NCBI GenBank assembly: GCA_043801155.1
Contig: JAZDMI010000021.1
Span: 130,683-194,682 of the forward strand
Source: Candidatus Gottesmanbacteria bacterium
GTDB taxonomy: Bacteria; Patescibacteriota; Microgenomatia; JAMCYU01
Length of the DNA: 64,000 nt
Reading direction: 5' to 3'
A program made the position numbers and the translations under genes. The notes under the pieces are model-generated. The model was given only the letters and a program-made list of their open reading frames with translations. It had not been told where the DNA came from and did no database searches. Positions within the stretch are counted from its first letter, which is position 1. Every line of letters begins with the position of its first letter. This document shows, piece by piece, positions 36,188 through 44,275 of the stretch.

Positions 36188-36512
36188 ATGTTTACCTGTA
36201 TTTTTGAAGATAATCAGAAAACAAGCTTAAGGCATGTTGTTGTTCATGCGATAGTTGAAAGTAACGATAGTATCGCTTTTTAGAGTAAATAGTAATCCGA
36301 ATCGACCTAAAGAAGATAGGCAAAACGTAGCTCTGGAATTTATTATTAGACCATTAATACAAGTTAAAATCCCTGACAGTGAATCTAGCGAAGTTAAATG
36401 GTGGAAGACTTACGAATTAAATAAACTTGATTTTGCCTTTGATCATAAAGAAACAATTAGTATTTATTTAAAATATCGTATGAAAGCAATCAAACTACCA
36501 ATTTGTGTATAA
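36188..36512 (+). pseudogene. Putative NUDIX hydrolase remnant (N-terminal piece ends at an in-frame TAG; the C-terminal piece is in another frame; the Nudix box is missing)
   Basis: Frame 2 reads MFTCIFEDNQKTSLRHVVVHAIVESNDSIAF*. Frame 3 gives a Nudix-like C-terminal end (...KLDFAFDHKETISIYLKY). Confidence 0.3.
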
Positions 36513-37555
36513 ATATTATGGATGATATTAAAAAAAGATATCAGGAACTAGTTAACAAACTTGATCTTGAGCAAAAGAAAACAAGAATTCATCGATTAGA
36601 GGCTGAAAGCGCTGATCCAACCTTTTGGCAAAATAACCAAGCGGCGATTAAAAAAATGCAGGAATTGGCAGATATGCAAAAACTGTTGGATCAATTGGAT
36701 AAATTAGGGAAAATGATAGCCATCAATCAACAACAAGAGGCCGAAACATTATTAAGCGAACTGGAATTTGCCACTTTTCTCTCCGGATTTTATGATGCAG
36801 ATGATGCTATCGTAACCATTCATGCCGGCCAGGGTGGAACAGAAGCCATGGATTGGGCAGAAATGCTTTTAAGAATGTATATTAGATATGTCGAAAATAA
36901 GGGTTGGCATTGGGAAGAAGTTGATCGTAGTCCCGGTGAAGAAGCCGGAGTCAAGAGTGTAACCATTACCATCTCGGGGTCATATGCATATGGATTCTTA
37001 AAAGGTGAGGCCGGAACTCATCGTTTGGTCCGTCAATCCCCATTTAATGCTGATAAGCTTCGGCAGACGTCATTTGCTCTGGTAGAAGTTTTACCGGTTA
37101 TTGAAGACAGTGGGGTAATCGAGATGCGTGAAGAGGATTTAGAATGGGATTTTTTTAGAGCCTCTAGCCATGGCGGGCAAAATGTTCAAAAAGTTTCCAC
37201 CGCCGTCAGAGTTAAACACAAGCCAACCGGTATTATTGTTACCTGCCAAACCGAAAGATATCAAATACAAAATCGGGAAAATGCTTTAAAAATTCTTCGC
37301 GCCAGATTATGGAGTTTACAACAATCGCAGGTTCAGGATAAACAAAAGGAATTAAAAGGAGAATTTAAACTAGCCAGTTGGGGAAATCAGATAAGATCTT
37401 ATGTATTACATCCTTATCATCTAGTTAAAGATTTACGGACAGGTTACGAAACATCTGATACTACCGGTGTTTTGGATGGCAAACTTGAAGAATTTGTGAT
37501 TGCCTACTTGAAAAATTCTGTAAAAAAGGATATCGTAGATATGGAGGAAAAATAA
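36503..37555 (+). CDS. prfB: Peptide chain release factor 2 (uninterrupted; no programmed frameshift)
   Basis: SPF tripeptide and GGQ motif (SSHGGQNVQKV). Confidence 0.85.
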   Translation: MCINIMDDIKKRYQELVNKLDLEQKKTRIHRLEAESADPTFWQNNQAAIKKMQELADMQKLLDQLDKLGKMIAINQQQEAETLLSELEFATFLSGFYDADDAIVTIHAGQGGTEAMDWAEMLLRMYIRYVENKGWHWEEVDRSPGEEAGVKSVTITISGSYAYGFLKGEAGTHRLVRQSPFNADKLRQTSFALVEVLPVIEDSGVIEMREEDLEWDFFRASSHGGQNVQKVSTAVRVKHKPTGIIVTCQTERYQIQNRENALKILRARLWSLQQSQVQDKQKELKGEFKLASWGNQIRSYVLHPYHLVKDLRTGYETSDTTGVLDGKLEEFVIAYLKNSVKKDIVDMEEK

Positions 37556-37556
37556 T

Positions 37557-38024
37557 ATGAATGAAACAGAAAAAACTCCGCAAGAAACAAACGAACAATT
37601 AGTACAACCTATTACTCCGGCAAAAAAAATTACGCTGCCAAAAAATTCTCTTATTATAATAATGATTTTTGTCGTGATAGCCGGGGGAATTACCGGATTT
37701 TTACTAGCACAGAAGCAAACAGGTCTTTCTTTGATTGGTGGTAAAGCAAAAGTAATTCAAACAGAAAAGATAGTCGGTTCAACGGATACCAAGGCTTTTC
37801 CGGATACCGCTGAAGGAACCTTAGAGAAAGGCGGAATCGATGGTGAGGGAACTCACAAGTTAATAATGAATCCAAAAGACCCGAGCCAAACTGCATACTT
37901 AACATCTTCTGTTGTTAATCTTGATGACTTTGTCGGTAAAAAAGTCCGTGTCCATGGGCAGACATTTTCGGCCCAAAAAGCAGGATGGTTATTGGATGTC
38001 GGCCAAGTGGAGATTATTCAATGA
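37557..38024 (+). CDS. Membrane-anchored hypothetical protein
   Basis: A single TM segment after a ~30-aa cytoplasmic N-terminus. Confidence 0.4.
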   Translation: MNETEKTPQETNEQLVQPITPAKKITLPKNSLIIIMIFVVIAGGITGFLLAQKQTGLSLIGGKAKVIQTEKIVGSTDTKAFPDTAEGTLEKGGIDGEGTHKLIMNPKDPSQTAYLTSSVVNLDDFVGKKVRVHGQTFSAQKAGWLLDVGQVEIIQ

Positions 38025-38263
38025 AGGTATTTAAAAAATTTATTAACAAACTTGAAACCGGATCAAAACAAGAAATATATCGATATGTATTTTTAACTTT
38101 TCTAATTGGTTTTTTGATTGGATTTTGTTCCGGGCTTTCTTTTCGTGAAATTAGACTAAATATGTTATCTAGTAAAAAAAGAATTCAGGCAATTACCGAA
38201 GCAAAGAGCCTTAAAAATCTTTTTCAAGAGATTCCGGTGGCAACATCTTATCCTAAAAAATAA
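37985..38263 (+). CDS. Small membrane protein (hypothetical)
   Basis: 92-aa ORF with one TM segment. Weak. Confidence 0.25.
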   Translation: MVIGCRPSGDYSMKVFKKFINKLETGSKQEIYRYVFLTFLIGFLIGFCSGLSFREIRLNMLSSKKRIQAITEAKSLKNLFQEIPVATSYPKK

Positions 38264-38297
38264 ACTTACAAATATCCCAAAACCTAAATAAAATGGC

Positions 38298-38978
38298 ATG
38301 GTCAAATTTGAACACGTTTGCAAAAAATTTGGTAGTAGTCTAGCGTTGGATGATATTAGTTTTGTAATTGATGATAGTGAGTTTACTTTCATAACCGGCC
38401 CGTCGGGTGCCGGTAAAACCACAATTTTAAAGTTAATTATAAGAGAATTGATTCCTACTTCCGGTCAAATATTCCTCGATCAATGGCAGCTATCAAAAAT
38501 TAAATCCCGTGACATTCCTAAACTTCGTCGGAAAGTTGCGGTCGTTTTTCAGGATTTTCGGCTTCTTTTTGACAGAACTGTATTCGAAAATGTGGCTATT
38601 GTTTTGGAGCTTCGTGGTTTATCTGATAAAGAAATTGATAAGAAAGTGAAAAATGTCTTGGAGTTAACATCATTGACTAATAAGTCTAATCTTTTTCCGG
38701 CACAATTAGCTGGCGGAGAACTGCAAAGAACTTGTTTGGCACGAGCCCTAGTTGGTAAACCAGAGATTCTTTTAGCTGACGAACCAACTGGTAATTTAGA
38801 CCCAGCCACAGGTTGGGAAATCTTGGAGCTTTTAACACAAATTAACAAAATGGGCACCAGTGTTATTATGGCGACACATAATATGGATATTGTTAATTCA
38901 TTAAAGAAACGTGTCATTTCTGTAAACGGCGGTAAAATATTTAAAGATCAAAAAGAAAGTAAATATGAAATTATTTAA
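38298..38978 (+). CDS. ftsE: Cell-division ABC ATPase FtsE
   Basis: Walker A GPSGAGKTT and ABC signature LAGGELQR; ftsX lies downstream. Confidence 0.9.
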   Translation: MVKFEHVCKKFGSSLALDDISFVIDDSEFTFITGPSGAGKTTILKLIIRELIPTSGQIFLDQWQLSKIKSRDIPKLRRKVAVVFQDFRLLFDRTVFENVAIVLELRGLSDKEIDKKVKNVLELTSLTNKSNLFPAQLAGGELQRTCLARALVGKPEILLADEPTGNLDPATGWEILELLTQINKMGTSVIMATHNMDIVNSLKKRVISVNGGKIFKDQKESKYEII

Positions 38979-39834
38979 AACAACCTGGAAGCATATAAGA
39001 CGTTCACCATATCAGGCTTTAGCAGCAGTATGTATTATGACTTTAACCCTTTTCGTAAGTAGTATTTTTTTTCTAGTCGCTGTTGGCTCAAATATCATTT
39101 TGTCTCATTTTGAGACTAAGCCTCAGATTACGGCTTTTTTTACCGATGAAAAACCAGAAAAGGAAATTACCAGTTTACAGGAAAAGCTAAAATCTACTGG
39201 TAAAGTATCTGCTATTAAGTATGTGTCTAAAGAAGAAGCCCTAGCCATTTATCGGGAACAGAATAAGAATGATCCGCTCCTTTTAGAAATGGTGACGGCC
39301 AATATTTTACCTGCCTCAATTGAAGTATCAGCTAAAGATGTAGCCAATTTGGCTGACCTGGCTAAAATATTACAGGGTGAAGCGGGGATTCAGGAAGTCG
39401 TTTATCAAAAAGATGTCGTTGATGCATTTGTGGCGTGGACAAATGCCATCAGAAAAATTGGTCTTACCCTTGTTGGCTCATTAGCCGTAGTAGCACTTTT
39501 AATTATTCTAACAATTATTGCTATGAAAATAGCTTTGAGAAAGGAGGAAATTGAAATCTTAAGGATGATTGGAGCCTCAAATTGGTATATAAGGTTACCG
39601 TTTTTATTCGAGGGAATATTTTATGGAATAATCGGAGCCATTATTTCTTGGATGTTTTCTTATCTATTACTATTATATGCTACTCCCTTTCTTTCTTCAT
39701 TCCTGGTTGGAATTCCGATTTTACCGGTGTCACCGCTTTTCATGCTGGCACTTCTTGGAGGAATGGTATTAGCCGGAGCACTAGTTGGAGTGATTGGTAG
39801 TTTTATAGCAGTTTGGCGATATTTAAAGTCATAA
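38965..39834 (+). CDS. ftsX: Cell-division permease-like protein FtsX
   Basis: Four-TM topology with a large periplasmic loop, coupled to ftsE. Confidence 0.8.
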   Translation: MKLFKTTWKHIRRSPYQALAAVCIMTLTLFVSSIFFLVAVGSNIILSHFETKPQITAFFTDEKPEKEITSLQEKLKSTGKVSAIKYVSKEEALAIYREQNKNDPLLLEMVTANILPASIEVSAKDVANLADLAKILQGEAGIQEVVYQKDVVDAFVAWTNAIRKIGLTLVGSLAVVALLIILTIIAMKIALRKEEIEILRMIGASNWYIRLPFLFEGIFYGIIGAIISWMFSYLLLLYATPFLSSFLVGIPILPVSPLFMLALLGGMVLAGALVGVIGSFIAVWRYLKS

Positions 39835-39858
39835 ATTCGCGTATACTTTTAAATAAGC

Positions 39859-41034
39859 ATGAAATCCTTCATTAGTATTTTTTTAATAAATTGCCTTCTT
39901 CTATTTATTTTGTCTTTTCCGGTTTGGGCCATTACTGAAGATGAATGTCTCCAAAAAGGCACACCCCAAGATAAAATTAATTGTTGGACTGATCTGATAA
40001 CCCAAACTAATAAAAGAGAAGAAAGTCTTAAAAATGAAATTATTAAATTTAACGCCAATATCGCTCTTACCTCAGCCCAAATACAAAAAACCCAAGGTGA
40101 AATTGTAAAATTGGGAGAAGAAATTGATGAACTAGCAACAAAGATCGGCAGGCTTGAAGAATCTTTGGGTCAATTATCCAACGTACTTTTAGAAAGGATT
40201 ATTGAGACTTATATAAGAGGAAATATTAAACCGATAGAACTTCTTTTCTCGGCTAATGGTTTTTCCGATTTCTTGACCCGGCTTAAGTATATAAGGACAG
40301 TCCAATCACATGATAAAAAACTTATGTTTGATATGCAGGAGACAAAGGATGATTATACTGATCAACGGCAAATCAGGGAAGAAAAAAAGATCCAACAAGA
40401 AAATCTCCGGTTACAGTTAGAAAAGCAAAAAGTTTTACTGGCACAACAGATGAAAGACAAAGAGACACTTTTAGAAGTTACCAGGAATGATGAACGTCGC
40501 TATCAAGATCTTTTAAGCGCCGCCAGAGCCGAACAAGAAGCATTATTAAGAATTTTAGCTGGACAAGGAGAAGCAGCTAAAGTTGGCGATATCAAAAGCG
40601 GAGATTCTATAGGAACAATAATTTCCGGAGCATCGCCATGTTCAACCGGAACCCATCTGCATTTTGAAGTTGTTGTTTCCGGATCAACAACTAACCCGGC
40701 TAATTATCTAAAAAATATCTCTTTATCATATGATTATAATACGGGAAACATACCTGAATTTATTAATCCAACGGGATCATGGGATTGGCCGGTTGATGAA
40801 CCGATAATGATTGAACAAATTTATGGTATGTCTTATTGGGCTAGAGTTTTGAATTATTATAATGGTAGTCCTCATTCAGGCATTGATATGGTTTCAAAAT
40901 CTAGTGCAAAGGTGAAAGCGGTGCGGGATGGAATATTATATCGGGGAGGAATTGCCTGCGGTGGCGGTACATTGCCCTTTGTCAGAGTAGATCAGTCTGA
41001 CAATATCCAGACTTATTATTTACACATTTATTAA
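39859..41034 (+). CDS. M23 peptidase with N-terminal coiled coil (EnvC-like FtsEX partner)
   Basis: Signal peptide, long coiled-coil, and the M23 motif GTHLHFEV. Confidence 0.8.
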   Translation: MKSFISIFLINCLLLFILSFPVWAITEDECLQKGTPQDKINCWTDLITQTNKREESLKNEIIKFNANIALTSAQIQKTQGEIVKLGEEIDELATKIGRLEESLGQLSNVLLERIIETYIRGNIKPIELLFSANGFSDFLTRLKYIRTVQSHDKKLMFDMQETKDDYTDQRQIREEKKIQQENLRLQLEKQKVLLAQQMKDKETLLEVTRNDERRYQDLLSAARAEQEALLRILAGQGEAAKVGDIKSGDSIGTIISGASPCSTGTHLHFEVVVSGSTTNPANYLKNISLSYDYNTGNIPEFINPTGSWDWPVDEPIMIEQIYGMSYWARVLNYYNGSPHSGIDMVSKSSAKVKAVRDGILYRGGIACGGGTLPFVRVDQSDNIQTYYLHIY

Positions 41035-41043
41035 GAAGAGCCA

Positions 41044-41934
41044 ATGATTCGATTAGTCGGGATAGTCTTTTCTTTTGTTTTTATCTTGTTATTTTCTTCT
41101 AGTTTAATATTTGCTTCTACCTTAAGTCTATCTAGCCAGATGACTTCTTTAAATAATTTAGATGAAGAATATCTTGCCAATATTACGTTATCGATTAATG
41201 CCTCTGATGATACCGTTTATTATCTACGGGGTGTTTTCCACAAACAAGGAAGTTCCAATTATTGTGGTTATACATGGAATGGTACAAGCTGGTTTAGCGG
41301 ACCATATACAACTAATGAAGGATGGAAAGATTTTTTAAGTATTACCATCAAAGATAGTTCATGGTCGGGAGAACTAAAGGCAAAGATTGATCCACAAGAT
41401 TCCGGTTGTCAAGATACGGGTGCATACTTTTTTAAAGTTCAGAGATTTACTCAAAATAGTTCATCGGGTACGTTTGATCCTCAAGACGAGTTATCAATTA
41501 ATATAAATATTCCATCTCCGACACCATCCCCGGTTTCTTCCCCAACAGCAACACCACTGCCAGTAACGACAACGTCTCTAACATCTACTCCTAAACCGTC
41601 AGCCACGAGTCATCAATTATCAAGCCCGACTCCAACTCCAAAACCTACGGCTTCTCCGCTAAAATCTTTAACTCCTTCATCGACGGCTTCTTATTCGGGC
41701 CAACTTTTATCGACAGCTGCCTCAACAGTAGCGGCGATATTATCTGTAGAATCTGCTACGGTTGCCGGAACGACATCAAGTTTATTAACGACGTCGTTTG
41801 ATAAACCAATAAATAGTAATTCTCCTGGTCAAAATATCATACTCAAATCACTTTTAATTCTAGTTATTTTGGCTAGTATAGGTATGGTTTTATCAGCCTT
41901 TTGGATTCATAAAAGGAAACAGGGTATAATCTAA
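41044..41934 (+). CDS. Ser/Thr/Pro-rich surface protein with a C-terminal TM anchor (hypothetical)
   Basis: Signal peptide, a low-complexity STP region, and a C-terminal hydrophobic helix followed by KRKQ. Confidence 0.45.
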   Translation: MIRLVGIVFSFVFILLFSSSLIFASTLSLSSQMTSLNNLDEEYLANITLSINASDDTVYYLRGVFHKQGSSNYCGYTWNGTSWFSGPYTTNEGWKDFLSITIKDSSWSGELKAKIDPQDSGCQDTGAYFFKVQRFTQNSSSGTFDPQDELSININIPSPTPSPVSSPTATPLPVTTTSLTSTPKPSATSHQLSSPTPTPKPTASPLKSLTPSSTASYSGQLLSTAASTVAAILSVESATVAGTTSSLLTTSFDKPINSNSPGQNIILKSLLILVILASIGMVLSAFWIHKRKQGII

Positions 41935-41937
41935 AAC

Positions 41938-42324
41938 ATGGATAAAAGATTAATCTTATTATGGTTGCCGGTTATTATTTGGTGTGGCATTATATTTTAT
42001 TTATCAAGCCTACAGGTAAAACCGCCAACCGGAACATGGCTGGATATTGTTTTACCTTATATTGTTCATCTTGGCGAATATGGAATTTTATTTACATTAA
42101 CATGGCGGGCAAGTAAGAATCTCTATGGTTCGATTATCTTTGTCATTATCTATGCTTTTTCCGATGAAATTCATCAGGCTTTTGTACCTACCCGTACTCC
42201 GGATCTTTTAGACGTCACTACTGATATAATAGGAATGTTGTTTGCATGGTTATTAATATGGAAGTTCTTACCAAAAACGCCCAAGAAACTCAAAAACTTG
42301 GCCAAGAGCTGGCAAATAATCTAA
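41938..42324 (+). CDS. VanZ-family membrane protein
   Basis: VanZ-like motif FSDEIHQAFVPTRTPDLLDV. Confidence 0.65.
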   Translation: MDKRLILLWLPVIIWCGIIFYLSSLQVKPPTGTWLDIVLPYIVHLGEYGILFTLTWRASKNLYGSIIFVIIYAFSDEIHQAFVPTRTPDLLDVTTDIIGMLFAWLLIWKFLPKTPKKLKNLAKSWQII

Positions 42325-42710
42325 GCTTCGGCAAGCTGCGCTCAAGAAGACACGCCAGAGTGGTTTGTCTCTATGGCGAATTGGGTAGTGGCAAAACCAC
42401 TTTTACGCAGGGAGTAGCTGCTGGTTTAGGAATTAAACAGCGGATTACTTCACCGACGTTTGTATATATCCGTAACTATACCCTATACCCTAGCCCCTAT
42501 ACCCTATATCATATCGATCTTTACAGGATAGAATCTTTAAATGATGCCAAAGCCTTGGGTATTGAAGAAATATTACAAAATAAGAATAATATTGTTTTAA
42601 TTGAATGGCCGGAAAAAATAAAAGATATCCTGCCTAACAAAAGAACAGAAATTTATTTTGAGTATTTGAGTGAAAACGAGAGAAAATTAACAATCAAAGA
42701 ATACCAATAA
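42246..42710 (+). CDS. tsaE: tRNA t6A biosynthesis ATPase TsaE (YjeE)
   Basis: P-loop LYGELGSGKTT and SPTF motif. Confidence 0.8.
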   Translation: MVINMEVLTKNAQETQKLGQELANNLSFGKLRSRRHARVVCLYGELGSGKTTFTQGVAAGLGIKQRITSPTFVYIRNYTLYPSPYTLYHIDLYRIESLNDAKALGIEEILQNKNNIVLIEWPEKIKDILPNKRTEIYFEYLSENERKLTIKEYQ

Positions 42711-42719
42711 AGTAAATAT

Positions 42720-43292
42720 ATGGAAAATGTTGATAGAGCAATAAAAATAATAAATAAAGGTGGAATAATTATTTTTCCTACTGATACGGCTTTTGGAATT
42801 GGGTCCCGTATGGATAACGAGAAAAGTGTGGAGCGCCTGTTTAAGATTAGGCAAAGACCGGTAAACATGGCTGTTCCAGTTCTGGTTAGTTCGATAGACA
42901 TGGCGCAAAAATATTTACAGCCGATAGGGGACGAGGTTAAAAAATTGATGACAAAATACTGGCCCGGAGCCTTAACTGTCATTTTACCTTGTAAACCAGA
43001 ATTGGTGCCTGGTTTAGTCCGCGGCGGAGGTCAAACCCTAGGCGTACGCATGCCTAACCATGAGGTCCCTCTATATATTATAAATAGTATAGGCGTGCCT
43101 ATCTTAGGATCCTCGGCCAATTTTCATGGTCAATCCACGCCTTATAAGACTCAAGATTTGAGTCCAGAATTGATAAAAATGGTGGATTATGTAATTCCTG
43201 GGGAATGTCAGCTTGGTATGGCCTCAACAGTAATTGACTGTTCAGTTAAACCATGGAAAATTATTAGACAAGGAGCTGTAAAGATATCATAA
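42720..43292 (+). CDS. tsaC: L-threonylcarbamoyladenylate synthase (TsaC/YrdC)
   Basis: YrdC motifs IIFPTDTAFGIG and the conserved R/K...S..N pattern. Confidence 0.85.
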   Translation: MENVDRAIKIINKGGIIIFPTDTAFGIGSRMDNEKSVERLFKIRQRPVNMAVPVLVSSIDMAQKYLQPIGDEVKKLMTKYWPGALTVILPCKPELVPGLVRGGGQTLGVRMPNHEVPLYIINSIGVPILGSSANFHGQSTPYKTQDLSPELIKMVDYVIPGECQLGMASTVIDCSVKPWKIIRQGAVKIS

Positions 43293-43311
43293 TTATATAT
43301 GAATAAGTCTT

Positions 43312-43602
43312 ATGAAACTATTTATCGATACCGGAGATAATACGAAAACCATTGTTGGTTTAGATAATATTAGGTTAGAAAAGCCGACTGGACCGGATAA
43401 GTCACAGCAAGTCTTGGTTTTGATTGACCAATTACTTAAGGAAAACCATAAGCAGATTAAAGATATTACTGATATAGTAGTAAATATTGGTCCCGGTTCC
43501 TTTACCGGGCTTAGGGTCGGAATAACCGTGGCTAATACTTTAGCCTGGGTATTGAAAGTTTCGGTTAACGGAAAAGTAGCGGTTGAACCTCACTATGATT
43601 AA
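43312..43602 (+). CDS. tsaB: TsaB-like protein, N-terminal-domain-only (96 aa)
   Basis: YeaZ-like N-terminal motif GPGSFTGLRVG; lacks the C-terminal half. Confidence 0.5.
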   Translation: MKLFIDTGDNTKTIVGLDNIRLEKPTGPDKSQQVLVLIDQLLKENHKQIKDITDIVVNIGPGSFTGLRVGITVANTLAWVLKVSVNGKVAVEPHYD

Positions 43603-44200
43603 AAAATTACTATTTTTAACTCCATTATTAATATTAATCCTGTTTCTATACGGTGAAATAATTAAAAAAGAACTTGCTTATTGGTCTGATGACTTATGGG
43701 GGCAAAAACATTCTCTTGATAGTTCTTCCCAATGGCCTGAATCAGGAGTTATTCCGATTACGCCCATTAATAGAGATTTTTGTCTGGTGATTCCAAAAAT
43801 TAATCTAAATTCAGCCATAGTTAGTATAAATTCTGAAAATACTCCAGAGAATTTAACCGTGTTAAAGCAAGGATTGATACACACCAGGGAGAGTGCTTTT
43901 CCTGACCAAAGAGGACCAATTATAATTCTTGCCCATCTCCCTGATAATATTGTAAATTTATTGCATACCAATGTTTCATCATATCTATTTAATAAAATAG
44001 TTATTAATGACGAAATTGACTTATTTTACCTTAGTAAAAGGTATAAGTATTATGTTACCTATAAGATAATATTATCTACTGAAGATACAAAGGCCTATAT
44101 TAATAGTATCCAGAACAAGGATGTTTTAATATTACAAGCTTCCTATCCCCCAATATTACCATTTAAAAAATTGCTGATAATAGCTGATAAACAGAACTAA
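43583..44200 (+). CDS. Sortase paralog with the catalytic Cys replaced by Ser (TLxTC -> LILQAS) and Arg->Lys
   Basis: Aligns throughout with the sortase at 50894-51493. The catalytic His region is retained (IIILAH), but the C->S and R->K changes fall at the catalytic positions. Confidence 0.55.
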   Translation: MNLTMIKKLLFLTPLLILILFLYGEIIKKELAYWSDDLWGQKHSLDSSSQWPESGVIPITPINRDFCLVIPKINLNSAIVSINSENTPENLTVLKQGLIHTRESAFPDQRGPIIILAHLPDNIVNLLHTNVSSYLFNKIVINDEIDLFYLSKRYKYYVTYKIILSTEDTKAYINSIQNKDVLILQASYPPILPFKKLLIIADKQN

Positions 44201-44275
44201 AGCTCTATAATATTTGACATAGGCCATTTGTATCGTTATAATCTATCCATATCTACTTACAAATTCTAGATTTAT

